Source of the DNA: Octopus sinensis
Lineage: Eukaryota
Assembly (NCBI RefSeq): GCF_006345805.1
Contig: NC_043007.1
Span: forward strand, 62,620,001-62,684,000
DNA: 64,000 nt
Direction of reading: 5' to 3'
The stretch's first letter is position 1. Each line of letters starts with the position of its first letter. Under the pieces are notes generated by a model that saw only the letters and a program-made list of their open reading frames with translations, was not told where the DNA came from and made no database searches. A program made the translations under genes and the position numbers. Of this stretch, positions 24,901 through 39,800 are shown piece after piece.

Positions 24901-27900
24901 ATCATCACTGTCATGATAAAGAGGCTGTGAAATGTATTTAAACATTCGAGTCACCATTTGTTACATGAAATTGCTGCCCTTGTGGCAAAATTTGAAACCA
25001 TTATTATAGAAGTTCCATTTACCTCCACATGTTAGGTATGTCAGTTATGTGGATCATCTGTTACTTCTTGTGCCTGGTCTTATAACCAACTTCTGCTCTT
25101 ATTGGCTTCTAATATAGGAAGGTTTATGATATGATCATGTTGACAGTAAAAGTTGATAGGTTTTCAAATATTAGATGGTAACATGAGAAACTTGATTAGT
25201 TGTAATACAAGCCTACAGTTTATTCTGTAGTTCTTTAAATATGGAAAGTGGAGAAAGAAAACAAAAAGCATTTTGTGTTCCTTACAGGAGTGAAGACTTT
25301 GGATCTATGCAACTGTCATTACCAGAACTAGAGAAGTTTCAGGTTTGGAAGCAAGGTCTAGAATCGAAGGGCCTTAGAGTCAACCTAGCAAAAATCAAAG
25401 TCTTAGTAAGTAGGAAGGCACACAAATCACAAATCATTTTAGGTAGATAGCCCTGCTCGATCTGTAGAAAAAGCATAAGTAGAAGCTCCATAAGATGTAC
25501 TCGGTGTAAACTATGGACACAAAGGAAGGGTAACTGGAAAGATAGTTTTTACGTGTGGCAGATGCACAGGTGTAATAAGCACTGAAGATGTACAGAAAAC
25601 AGATTCTATCACATTCCAGGGGGAAAAAACTAAAAGTAGTTGATAGCTTCCATTACCTAGGCAACCAAGTCAGTAGCAGTGGGTGAATGTTCTGAGAGTA
25701 TAACTACTAGAATAAGAATAGCCTGGGCAAAGTTCAGAGAGCTCCTACCTCTGCTGGTAACAAAGGGCCTCTCGTTCAGAGTGAAAGGTAGACTGTATGC
25801 TGCCTGTGTGCAAACAGCCATTCTATACAGCAGTGAGACATGGGTTGTAACTGCTGAGGACATGCATAGGCTTGAAAGAAATGAAGCTAGTAAGCTTCAC
25901 TGGATGTGTAATGTCAGTGTGCATACACAACAGTGTAAGCGCCCTGAGAGAAAAGTTGGACGTAAGAAGCATTGGATGTGATGTGCAAGAGAGACAACTG
26001 TGCTGGTATGGTCATGTGTTGTGCATGGATGAGGACAGCTGTGTGAAGTGTTGCACCTTAACAGTGGAGAGAACCTGTGGAAGAGGTAGAACAAGGAAGA
26101 CATGGAATGAAGTGGTGAAGCACGACCTTCGAACATTGGACCTCACAAAGGCAATGACAAGTGACCTTTGGAGATATACTGTGCTTGAGAGAACCTGGCA
26201 AGCCAAGTGAGATTGTAGCCATGGCCAATGCTAGTGTTGCATGATTGGCCCATTTAAAAGCACCCATCAATCATCGGGCAATATGCCATACTTGTGAAGA
26301 CCTGTTGAACCAAGTGAAATTGTAGTCGTAGTCGATGCTAGTGCTGCCTGACTGACACCCGTGATGGGGGCACATAAAATGCACTATTTGAGCATGGCCA
26401 ATGCTAGTGCCGCCTTACTGGCACCTGTGCCAGTGGAATGTAAAAAGCACCATTCAAGCGTGGTCAATGCCGCCTGACTGGTTCCCATGTTGGTGGCACA
26501 AAAAAAAAAGCACCTACAACACTCTTGGAGTGATTGGTATTACAAAAGGCATCCAGCTGTAGAAACCTTGCCAAATCAGATTGGAGCCTTGTGTAGCCTC
26601 CCAGCTTGCCAGTTCTCAGTCAAACTGTCCAACCCATGCCAGCATGGAAAGCAGACGTTAAACGACAACGATAATGATGAATATGGGGATATGTAAGAGT
26701 ATCTGAGATGGAGAATTGAGCCAAGGCTTGTTTTATGGTGTATGTTGGTAAGTTACCAGGGTCAAAGTGAAGAAAGACTGTTAATAGAGAGCCTGCTCTT
26801 GAAGATATATCCTTTAACCTACATTTATTTATCTTGTTAATTATTGAAAGTAATTGCACTATTTTGATCTTATTGAGTTAACTTACAAAGCTGTGACTAA
26901 CACCAATCTTGTATCTTCAACTTTTGCATCTGTTCAAAATTTTTGTTTCGTTTCAGTGATGGCTCTTGTTACATACATTCTCACTGCTGGTGTAGTGATG
27001 GGCATTCAAAACAGGTTTGTACATTCATTGTTTAAATGGCACACTCCCCTATACACACAATAATTGATCTTGAGTTAGTGAAAGAAATTATTATTACCAT
27101 TAGCACAATGCCAGTGAAGTTAGTAGAAACTATGTTGTATTAAATTCTTTGTTATATTAAGTTATGTCCCTTTACATACTGAGTTCAAACCTTGTCAGAA
27201 CTGATATTTAACTTTCGTTTTTCCAGGGGTCAATAAATTCGGTACCAGTCATGTACTAGGATCGATATAATAGACTATACATTTGTCTCTGAAAATGTAT
27301 GAAGTCATGGAAGTGTTATTTCTGTAACGCCATGAACTAACATAATGTTTACAGTTTTGTGGCACTGTAGCTATTTACACTTGTCTCATTCCAACCATTC
27401 AAGTGGTTGCATTGTCTAATCTTTATAAGGTGGCAAACTGGCAGAATTGTTAGCATGCCAGGCAAAATGCTTAGCAGCATTTTGTCCATCTTTACATTCT
27501 TGGTTCAAATTCCGCTAAGGTCAACTTTGCCTTTAATCCTTACTGGGTCAATAAAGTACCAGTGAAACACTGGGGTCAATGTAATCAACTTACTTCTTCT
27601 TCCAAAATTTCATGCTTTGTGCCTTTAGTAGAAAGGATTATTTACTCTTTACCATTTCAAAACAGCAGTCTTAATTAACTAAATTGCTAACGCGCTAACA
27701 AATAGGCTATTTGCCATCATCATCATCTTTATTTTTCCTAGTATTTGTTTCATAATAATCTTAGTATTAGTAGTACTACATTATTACCCTTATTTTTATT
27801 ATTTCTCCTCTCCTTTTTTTTTCTCTTTCATTTCCTACTGTTACTGATTTCTCTTTCCTTTTATTATTATTTATTTGAATATTCATTTTTACTTTTGTTT

Positions 27901-29018
27901 ATTTGATTATAGTTACTATGACATTGAAAAATTTGTGGCCCATAGTATTTTCTATATTTGCTACCATTAATATTTGCAATTTACCACTGATCATAGCTAT
28001 GTCTTATCAATACTACTTGTACCAGTAAGATTGCTTTTATTATTGATGATAGTTATATCGGTTTCAAATTTTGGCACAAGCCAGCAATTTCAGGGGAGGG
28101 GTAGGTCAGTTACATTGACCCCCAATACTCATCTAGTACTGAAAGGATGAAAGACAAAGTCAACTTTGGTGGAATTTGAACTCAGAGCATGGAGACAGAT
28201 AAAATGCCACTAAAGCATTTCGCCCTGTATGCTAATGATTCTGCCAGCTTGCCACTCTATTGATGATAGTAATTTTATTGTTATTATTCCTATTTTCATC
28301 ATTATTGATTCCTCCCTAGATGCATGTTTGTCACAAAGTGCAAAGACAAATAACTTTAACGTAGTCTGATATAACCGACCACACATATTGCATAACTTTT
28401 CACATGGAATCATTTATGTGCAATGTGGTTGGAAAATTGAGTAGTACAGAAACAATTGTAACTAATGATAAAGTTGTGCTATATTCATTCTTCATCTTCT
28501 TCCTTGTATTATATGTTACTCTTCATTATACTTACATACTGCTTTTACCAGTGAGGTACCTGGAGTTTTGCACCAGTGAATTTTGAATTTCTTTTCAAAG
28601 TTGCAGTATGAGAGTGTAAATAACCAAGAGTTTGTGTTGAAATACACCAGCTTTCTACCTTATCAGGACCTATACCATCCATCCATCTATTTATCTATAG
28701 ATACATACATACATATATGATGTACCTGCACTTATTTTAATTTTCAGATTTACTCCAGAGCAGCTTGGAATCCAAGCAAGTTCAGCTTTAGTGTGGCTTA
28801 TACTGGAACTGTTTATTGTTATGCTCAGCTTGTACATACTCAACTTGAATACTGGCCTCAAATATCTCGACACCCTTGCCTATTCAGGGTATAAATATGT
28901 AGGGTGAGTATTTTTTATTGATTACTGTGAATAAACTGTACAAAATGTGATGTATGTACATATATATATGTGTGAATATATATATATATATACCACATGC
29001 TTTATTTTCATGAGCACA

Positions 29019-29062
<44 letters not shown>

Positions 29063-30235
29063 TCTAAAAACAAAAAAAAAACATCCAGTAGCTTTGCACT
29101 TTTGAAGATGAGTGGAATAAAAATTTTCTTAGTATGAGACAGGTGAGAGTTAGCAACAAAAAGGCAACCAGCTTTTACACAAAACCTCAATAATATGATC
29201 TATCTAACCCATGCTTGCATAGAAAAATGGAAGTAAAGCACACAAATGAATGACAACTTCTATGATGTTGTGCTATGATAAAATGCTTCCAGTACACCCT
29301 GTAAAGGGGCTGGTGTTAGAAGAGCATCCAGCCATAGAACTCATGCCAAAAATTGAGACATATGAGAGAGATGTAGCCCCTAGTCTGTCTAGGAGGGCCA
29401 TTTCATCAAAGATGAACTAACTCTGATTGTGTAGTCATTCAACTTATTCCAGCTTGAAAGGGAAGTAAAATTATGATATTTCCAGTTGATTTGTTTGTAA
29501 AAGTTTCAAACAGTCGATTTAAATACTTGTTAAGGTTTAACTCGTTCAACTTTGGACAGAGTGTTTTCAGAATTTATGTCTTTCATCAATTCATTGATTT
29601 GTGGTTGATTTTATCTCAGTTATAGTTGAAATGTCATGACAGAACTATTTGGACAAATTATCATAAATTTTTAACAACTTTTACAAATTTTTTCATATTA
29701 ACATTATCCTGCAGTGTTGATAAAATTTTTTTTCTCTTTTATTCATAAAAACCAGTCAGAATTTTTTGTCTAATATAGCATATATTGGCCACCATACTGT
29801 GATAAAAGCAAGGAAAACATGCTAATTGTTTATAGTCGCTTTGAAGTTCAGTATAATGTTATTTGATGTATATCAATTAACTGTACTCTTGGTAATTTAT
29901 CATTTTTCACAAGTACTCAAGACTTTCAACTGTTTAAAATAGCTATGTCCTTTACGACCATAAACCCCACCCTATCTCCTTATTCACACACACACACACA
30001 TACATACACACACACATAATTCTGTCTTCTGGCAAAACTCACCCACAACCCTTCTCCCCCAAATCTCCACCATCCACTGCAAGTCCTCTCCAATTCCTCT
30101 CAACACCATTTGTTATCTCTAAATATCTCCCCTCACCCTTATGGTACATCTCCCTTATCCCCTCTGTGTTACTTATACTTCTCCCACCCACTGTTCCTTG
30201 GGTGTAGGCCTTCTCTCTTGCTCATTCTGACTCTT

Positions 30236-30273
<38 letters not shown>

Positions 30274-33200
30274 CCTCTCCTTCCTTGTCCTACTGAGGTA
30301 GCCGAGTATCTCCTCTGTAGTAAGACAGCTATCCCTGTCCTATCATATTCCCATCTCTCACCCAGCACACAACCACATCTTTCCATTCCTCTCCCTCTCT
30401 CAGCTGAGACAGTCTTGTCTTGCAAGCTACTTGGCAATTCTGCAAGTTTTAGTGCCAAATAAAAAGCACCCATGCCAGTACCATGTGAAAAAACATCCAT
30501 GCTAACCCTACATAAAAACACTCATGCCAATGCCACATAAAAAGCACTCAGTACATTCTGTAAAGTGGATGGCATTAGGAAGATCATCCAGCTGTAGAAA
30601 CCATGCTGAATGATGACTGTGCAACCTATGCCAGCATGAAAAACAGACATTAAATAATAATGATGATGATGATGGTAATGATGTGTTATAGGTATTGAAA
30701 GTAAGAAGCTCATTTAGCAACTGCATGGTTTCAGATTCACTTCCACTGTGCTACATCTTAAGCAAGTGTCTCTTTTTGCACTGTAACTCTGAGCCAACAA
30801 GAGCCTTGTGAGTGAATTTGCTTGATGGAAACTATGTGGAAGCCAGACCTGTGTGTGTGTGTCTCCCTCTGCTTGACAGCTTGTGTTGGTTTGTTTACAT
30901 CCCTGTAACTGAGTAGTTCAGTAAAGGAGACTGATGGAATAAGTACCAGACATTCAAAATAAGTGCAAGGAGTGAACTGTTTGACTAAACTCTTCAGGGC
31001 CAGCAACTCCAGCATGGCCACAGTCTAATGACTGAAACAAGTAATCAGTAAAAGAATGCAGATGATTATGGGGTACATGTTAACATTGAGTGATTGCTTC
31101 TATTCTAAGAATCAACAAACAACCTACCGTCTGTATTCTATGAAATTATTTGTTATATTAAACTTTTAAATATCTTTGTTGGAAATGTGTGAATTATCTT
31201 TGCTAAAGAATCTTTTATCATTTACTTACTTGTTTCAGTCACCAGACTGAGATATTTATTTTTTTTTTTTGTAACTTGTAAAGATTTCTTTTGCATGTTG
31301 ATGTTTATTTTTTAACCCTTTAGCATTCAGATTATTCTGTCAAATGCAGTGCTTATTGTTTTGAATTAATCCTGCAATATTTTGTAGCTTCAAGATTTTG
31401 ATGATGTGATAGTTTAGTTTTCAATTAATGTTAAGGTATGAAATGCCAGATATGGTCGGTTTGAACATAAAATAGGCAGAATATTTTGGCCAGAGATGGC
31501 CAGGTTAAAAGCTATAGGGTTAAGCTTCATCCTAAAAATATATATGTATTAGAAATATGTAAAAGCAAAAAATAAGTTTTTTTTCTTGTATCATGCTGTG
31601 ATGCACCTGGACACATAATCAGTAATTTTCCTTGGCCTGTTCGAAATCAAACACCCACTCATCCATGTGGCCCAGCTAAGGTTGACCAAACCTCAGTTTG
31701 TGTCCTGTTAGCACTACCACTGGTAGCACTGCCCCCTCCAAGACTCACACCTCCTAATCCACAGCTACCTTGAGGCAATCTCTACTGCCTCTACAGCCAA
31801 CCTGATAGCCTTCTGACAACTGGCCCCTGTGATGCCAAGCATATTTCAATCTCTGGTCTGCAAATCCACTGCATCCTGCCTCAGTGGAGCCGGAGCACTG
31901 CCTTGAAGGGTTTTAGTTGAATAAATCAACCCCAGGACTTTTTTTTTAAAGCCTAGTACTTATTCTATCAGTCTCTTTTGTTGAACCATTAGGTTATGGG
32001 GATGTAAGCACACCAACGCCAGTTGTCAAGTGCTAGTGGTAGTTGCAGGGGGACAAACACAGACGTATATATATATATATATATATATATGACAGGCTTC
32101 TTTCAGTTTCTGTCTACTAAATCCACTTAAAAGGCTTTGGTCAGTAGAAGACACTTGCCCAGGATACCATGCAGAGGAACTGAACCTGGAACCATGTGGT
32201 TGGGAAGCAAGCTTCTTACCACACAGTCATGCAGCACCCATACCAATGATATGTAACAGGCACCCTTGCTGGTGAGGCATAAAAGGACACCTGTGTTGGT
32301 GACACATAAAATGCATCCATACTGGTGACACATTGAAGGTTCCCATGCTGGTAACACATAGGAGGCACCCATGCCAGTGAGATATGTATATGATTGGATC
32401 CAGTGGACTCTGTGGAAGAAACCTTCATGGTTCAATGGAGGGGAGGCAGCTGCAGCAATGCATTGTGTAGTGCAGAGTGCAGGATGAGGCAAGTAAGACA
32501 TCTAAATCATCCACTGCATCTGTTTTCATTCCCAGTCATCTTGACCTGGTCTTGCAACTTGATTGAAAATGCTCACAGACAAGAGAGTGAAGTTGATGGT
32601 GTGCAGCTCTTCTTCACATAATACAAAGTGACTATATAAGTTATCTTTTAGAATGACTAGATAGTCCTCTTCTCTCTGATGAACATCCATGAATATCATC
32701 ATTTAACATCCATTTCTCTATGCTGGCATGGGTTGGACTGTTTGACAGGAGCTGGCCAGCTGAAGAGCTGCTCAAGCTCCATGCGTGTTTTGGCAAGGTT
32801 TCTATGGCTGGATGCCCTTACACTTTACAGAGTGTATTGGGTGCTTTCATGCAACACCAGTACAGATGTGTTTATGTGGCACCATCACCCATGAGCCCAC
32901 AAGGTTGGGAAACTAGCTGGAGAAGGATGCAGGAGACAGCCTGTATGCAAGGGCAACCATGTTTTTACTTAGCTTGACATGTTTGACGTGCCTTCTCAAT
33001 CACAGCAACCATCCGGAGTCTCAGCCCCCTGTCATCCCCTCTGTGAGTCCCAACATCTGTAGAGCCTTTCTTACCACTTTGTCTTGTGTAAAACTGGCAC
33101 TCTATCGGTTATGACGATGAGTGTTCCGGTTGATTCGATCAACAAAACAACCTGCTTGTGAAATTAATGTGCAAGTGGCAGAGTACTCCACAGACATGGC

Positions 33201-36081
33201 TACCTGTAACATAGTTCTCATGGAGATTCAGTGTGACGTAGAATGTGACAAGACTGGTGGCCCTTTAAATTACAGGTACTTCTCACTTTTTGCCAGCTGA
33301 GTGAACTGGAGCAGTGTGAAATAAAGTGTCTTGCTCAAGACCACAACATGCACCACTGGGAATCAAACCCACTACCTAACAATCCTGAGCTGAAATCCCT
33401 AACTAAGCCACATGCCTTTACATAAATATATATGTCTTTATATGTTTAGGCATGTATGTATGTATATATATATATATATAATGGGTGTAAGCTCAATAAT
33501 GAGCATGTCCAATGCTTGTTAATGAGCAGCAAAGCAAATATGACTTTTTTGCCTATTTAAAGATCTGCAGATTTTTACATACCTATTATAACTTTTACCA
33601 TAACTATTTTATAAACGTTTCTGCTCAGTTAAATGCAATTAGTATTGTGTACAGTCAATGTATCTTTTCAGATCACCAATAAGAATATAACATTGATTAC
33701 AAGATTAGTCACAGGCTTCTGTTCTTTCAGGTGGCAATAATCTATTATCAGGTTTGGTTTGATCCATGTACTGTTGAGTGGCTAACTAGACCACCCTTGA
33801 GAAAGACAAACTCAATTACAAAGCTATCATTTGAAAGAATTATTGATATCCAAGTTAATTGTTTTTACACTGTGCTTGCTTTGTTTCTCTCTCTCTTTGC
33901 CTTGCTTCTGTTTTCTATCTCTGAATATTACTTGAGAATTGATTTTAGTTTAAATTTGTTTCTTTTAGTTATGTTTGAGAATTGTTTTTGATGCCCTTCT
34001 CATCTTTTCTGTTTTCTTGCCTCTTTTACATCATTTTATCTCACTATTTCTGAGTTTTACTTGTTTTTCATAAATTTCTAAGGACTCTAAAAAAAAAATC
34101 TTCTAACGTGTTTCTCTCCATCCCTCATCCCATCTCTGTTTCACCTCATATTTTCTCTCTCTTTCTTCTTTGTATCTTATATTCTTGGCACCAACCAAAA
34201 AAGATTCTTTGTCCATATGTAACCAAAGCTAAGCTTATTTCCACCTTATGAAGAATTGTTTTTAGCTTTGTTTTTTTTTTTGTTTTTTTTTTTGTGAAAT
34301 GATTCCAAGTATATTCTTGACTTCTACTGTTTCTCTCTTCCCCTTCTGTATATCTTGTTTTTTCTCTCTATCATTGCATTTTACACAGCTTGTATGCATG
34401 TATATGTATAATACATACACATATCCTACCATAACTATAAATTCTATTAATTTAGAGTTGATAGGTAAAAATAAGAGTCTTGAAATTATGCCAGGAATTA
34501 CCAAAAAATCATTTTTAATTTAATAAAAAAACATGATGTTGGTCTATGCAATTTAGAGTTTAAACTTCTCTTCTTTTTACTTTGTTATTTTTTATATACC
34601 CTATAATTGAAACTAATAGTGAAAATTTTGATGTGTACTAAAGCAATGCTGACATATATCTTTCAGACTAATAGTGACTTAATCAAGATATCGGAGTGTT
34701 CATAAATATTTTCTTGCTAGGCAGACTGAAGCAAACAGTTATGTGCCTTGTCTAAACAAGGCTTCAGGCTAATACAGTGAATGCTGTGTTTAGCTGATAA
34801 TATCAGAATAAAACTGAATATGTTTGGAGTGGTGTCTAATACTTGTGAGAAGGCTGACAATAATATTAGTTGTTTATTTTTTCTATCACTTCATATTTAT
34901 TTTTAGTTAACCTTTTAATGTTCTTGGTATTAAATGTGTTAACATTAATTTTTGATGTAGATAGCATTTCTGGATTATCTGATTTATGAACAATTTTATT
35001 TTCTACATCAATAAATATACAATTGTGTGCATTTGCTTAAAGATTCTGTCATCACCAGTTCAAGTGTAGTGAAGGCTATGTTTTACTGATGAGAGCAGAA
35101 TAATACAAACACGTCTGCAGTTGTCTTTCTTTATAGCTGGAAAAATTAAAATAATATTAGTCATTGATTGATTTTTTTTTTCTTTTTCTTTTCACATTTA
35201 TAGTCAACTTTTTATTGATTTATACTAAATATTTTGACACTTTAACATTTGAATTAGCCATATCAGGTCAAAATATCTACCTGTTTTATGTTCAAACTGA
35301 CCAGACCTAGGCTCTGCCATCTACTCTATAATGTCATTCTAAAAATAAACAATTAACATCATCAAAATCTCAAAGCTACTAGATAATGCATGATAATTGA
35401 AAACTGAATGAATAAATAAGCATTACATTTTGACAGAATAATATGAATGCTAAAGGATTAATACTAACAATCCTGATATTACACTTGTTTCAAAATTTTA
35501 GCAGAAGCGCAATGTGTAGCAGAAATAAACTCCTGTAAACTGAATTAATTTAATTTTTACTCCTGTTTGAAACTTAGATCTAGAGTAAGCTAAATAATTC
35601 CTAAATACACTGAAATACAGTGGTTTCTTTTTATGCTAGTACTTTGTTATTGAAGAGGGTATTTGTAAAAGTTACTCTACTATTACCCAAGTATATAGTC
35701 CAGATATGTTAAGTGTATACTACACATTTAATAAAGTTAGGAAATAATGATTTAACATACTTGTTTAATGTGGCAAAACTCCTTATTTGTAATTGCTAAC
35801 AATGTATTAACAATGCTAAGTGCACCTTGTATGTTTTAGAATCAAATACAGCTGTGACCATTCTTAATATGTTGTTGTTAGTAACAGCTGATACCACTAA
35901 CACTGAAGTCAAGTGGTTTGATAGTAATGCAAAGCCATTCCATCATTTAGTGGGCTACTTGATTAATAATTTAATGTTTATGATTTTCTTTTTTTTTTTT
36001 CTTGTTTTGAACTAGTTGATGGGATGTTCTAAATCTATTGAACATTTTCTACTTTATTTATAAACATGGCAGCATGCTACT

Positions 36082-36153
<72 letters not shown>

Positions 36154-36801
36154 AAATAATTAAGATTCAGTTGAATTAGGTACTTACATTGAGGCACCAA
36201 GGCTGTTTGTTAAAGTCTGCGCAGCTCGAAGTTAGGTGAATAAAAAGCAAAAAAGTAACAAGGATTTCCAGGTATCAGTGCATTATGGCCGTTTCAAGCA
36301 GCTCCATTTAATTGATTAATGAAAACATTACATCAATATGAAATAAACCACTCTCCTTGGATGCAACCAACCATATAGATTTCCAACATAAAGAATAAAC
36401 CATTTTTTTCTGCCACAGAAATACCAAAGAGTAACAATGTAGTTATTTTGGTTGCTGCTACTGATATAAGATGTACTAAAAAAAATGGTTTATTCTTTAT
36501 GTTGGAAATCTATATGGTTGGCTGCAACCAAGGAGAACGGCTTATTTCGTATTGAAGTAATATTTTCATCAATCAATTAAATGGAGCTGCTTGAAACGGC
36601 CGTAATGTACAGATACTTGGAAATCCTTGTTCCTTATTTGCTTTTTATACATATATATGTGTGTGCGTGTCAAGTGTACAAAAAGCAAAACACAGAGACA
36701 AGTGAGAGAACAATGAGCAAGTTGTATTAGTTTCACGCTCTGGAAAAATGGAAAAGTCTTTGATGTTCTGAGCTTACGCTCTATGAGAGAAAGGGGTGAG
36801 G

Positions 36802-36832
<31 letters not shown>

Positions 36833-39800
36833 TAGAGAGAGAGAGAGAGAGAGAGAAGTATTAATATGAAAGCATCATCTTTGTTTTACGTCCACTTTCT
36901 ACTCTGGCATGGGTTAGATGGGTCACCACAATTTGAATTGGCGCACATTTTGGGAATACTATTCATCTAGACCAGGGGTCGGCAACTTCTTTGCTTCCAT
37001 GGGCCGGATCAAGTATTAATGATGGATAGTAAGCCAGACAAAGGCCATAAAAGAATAATTATGGAAAATTACACAAGCTAAAATTCAACCATGTGTTGAC
37101 TATACTTTAAAATAATTTGTATTAATCACAAATAAATGAGTAATGGAAAAACATCATTTATTCAATTTATGACATAACTGGAATCATTTGTTTAAAAAAT
37201 TCTTAGAAATACATAGCAGCCCAAAAATTAATGGGAAACTTGATGTTTTTTGTTCCTTGAAAGCTTCTGAATATTAGGCTTCAAACTTGTTGATGGCAAG
37301 AGCAAGATATTATCAAGATGATTATCAGTTAATCTTGCTTTCAAATTGTTCTTAGTTTGCTTCAATTTGGAAAATACACTGATAAGTGCTTTCAAACAAA
37401 CTTGCCATCCTTTTTTGCATGATTCACTAAGTGCATATACTTCACTTGGAAAAATATATTTTGCATAGAAGTCAATCATTGGAACATCTTTAGAATGAAA
37501 TTTAGATTTCAATAAGTTGTCACACTACATATCAATCAATTCCATTTGAAAATATTCTGATACTGTCTTCACCTCCACATCAAATGGTGTAGCAAGCAAT
37601 TTAAACTGATTTGCATGCAGATGAAAGTCAGCTAAACGTGATGCAAATTCATTTCTTAAATCCTGGATTAAATTCATAAATACCTCTGAATCCTGTGGTT
37701 TCCTTCCTTGAAATGATGGAAAATATGCATAATTTTTATTTCGAAGTTAATGTTCCCACAACTGTAGCTTTTTTTCAAAAGGCAACAATATGGTTATACA
37801 TGTCATTTATGAGCTGAGTTTTGCCTTGAAGTTGTAAATTTATGTTATTTAAATGATTCACAATATCCACAATATAAATGACAGTAAATGCCAAAGTTGC
37901 AAGCCAATCAGGATCTCAAAAATGTGAACTATCTACGCGTTTGCTTGCGAGAAATATCGTCACCTCTTTGTGTAAGGCAAGTACTCTTTTTAGCATTGGT
38001 CCTCCGCTAAGCCAGCATACATCTCAGAAATAAGTAAAGTCACTATATTCTGCCTCGGTATCTAGTAAAAACTATTTAAATTGATGATGATTTAATTCAT
38101 GAAATAGGAGCAGATTCATGGCCTTCACAGCAATATCCATAACATTCTTAAATTTCAAAGACTTGGCACACAATGTTTCTTGATGGATAATGCAATGAAT
38201 TTTAACAAGTTTATGTGTGATTCCAAGGCTTTCTATATGTTCTTGCAGTAGTATAACAAAACCATTTTTTAATTTTTTTTTTATTTTTGTCCTACCATTG
38301 CTGGAGCACCATCTGTTGTGATGCTAATTAGCTTTGAAAAATCAAACTACATTTCTGATATCGTTTTCAACAAAGCTCCAAAGATGTCTGCTCCAGTTAC
38401 GATTCCCTTCATAGGAATTAACTGAATAAATTCTTCCAAGATCTGAAAAGGTGAAGTCACTCTGCGCACAAAGACAGCAAGTTGTGCAGTGTTACTTAAG
38501 TCTGTACTCTCATTGATTGCAATTGAAAAAATATTGTAATTCACTGCAGGCATTGATTAATTGATTTTTAACATCTGATGACATTTCTTCAGCCTGCTGT
38601 GTGACCGTCCTCAGAGACAGGCTGATAGTTTCAAACAAAAACCTTTTTTCTGGACAAACAGTATCCAACACTGCCAATAAGCTGTCTTTAAAAATATTTT
38701 TAATTATTTTCTGAGATTTTACAAAAACAACAAAAATATTCTGTAAAAGTTTCATCTTTTCAGTGATGCATTTTAAGACTTCATAACAGGCAATTGTATT
38801 TGCCACATTTTCGCTTTTTATGTTTTTTAAAAAATGATGTTTGTTTTCCAAAACTAGACTTTAACTGTTCAACTCCATCTTTCCATGCTTGTCCAGTAAA
38901 TGTCCTAAAATTTTCACCGTGGTGCATCTCATAATGTTGTCTAATACTTGCTAGCAATGCTTTCTAGACATAGGAGACAAATCAGGTTCTTACTGTGCTC
39001 AATGAAGAAGTAATCTAATGTCCAAGTTTCTTGGAAAATTTGGCATTCAAGCATCTACCTTTCTTCGTTTTGCATTCATGGTCATCAAAATTTTTTCCTA
39101 CAAATAAAATTAAAATTTAAATTAAAAATTTCACATGTAAATAATTCTATTTTCCTAATGGCAGACCTTTTATTGTATTCAAAAGCCTCATCTCTCATAT
39201 TACAATTATAATAATACTAGTTGGTTATGGCTAATAGCTTGTATAATGTGGGTGATAATGACGAAAAAGGCAGAAATAGGTAAGCATATAGTGGCAAGGA
39301 CAAGAAGAAGAAACAAATGAGATTTTAAACAGTGACAATAAATGTATTACTTGCAAAATGCAATAAATCAGTAAAAGTCTCTTGTTGGAGAAGAGGAGAT
39401 GTGTAATAATATAACAGAACCCAATGAAGAATTTGAGCATGGGAAAATGAGTGTTTGTAAGTTACCGATGGTGAACAGTGGGAGTAAGCTGTTGTCAGTT
39501 TCATAAATCAGAGATGGGGTTTCGCTATTGATGGAGTGAAGGCAGTATGCCGACTGAGATAATTGTCCCTTCGAGGCAGTCTTTTTATGTCCATCAGCAG
39601 GCTCAAGTTGGCTCTTAATTTTTTGTTTAATTTTTTACTTGGTGGTGATTGGGTAGTAGTGTTTTGGAATTATATTATTGTTATTATTTTTGTGTTTTGT
39701 GAGCGGAAATGATGTGTGGAGCCCTGCATACGCAACAAATTGGACATTAGGTAGAGTGAATCAGATTTGTGGAAGAATGTAACAGCAAGTTTTTTTTTTT

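Noticed and set aside
25282-25305. Duplicated piece of YIF1B exon 9 (TTACAGG..TGAA.ACTTTG..GATC)
   Set aside because: Only about 21 matching bases with two gaps, which is compatible with chance in AT-rich DNA.
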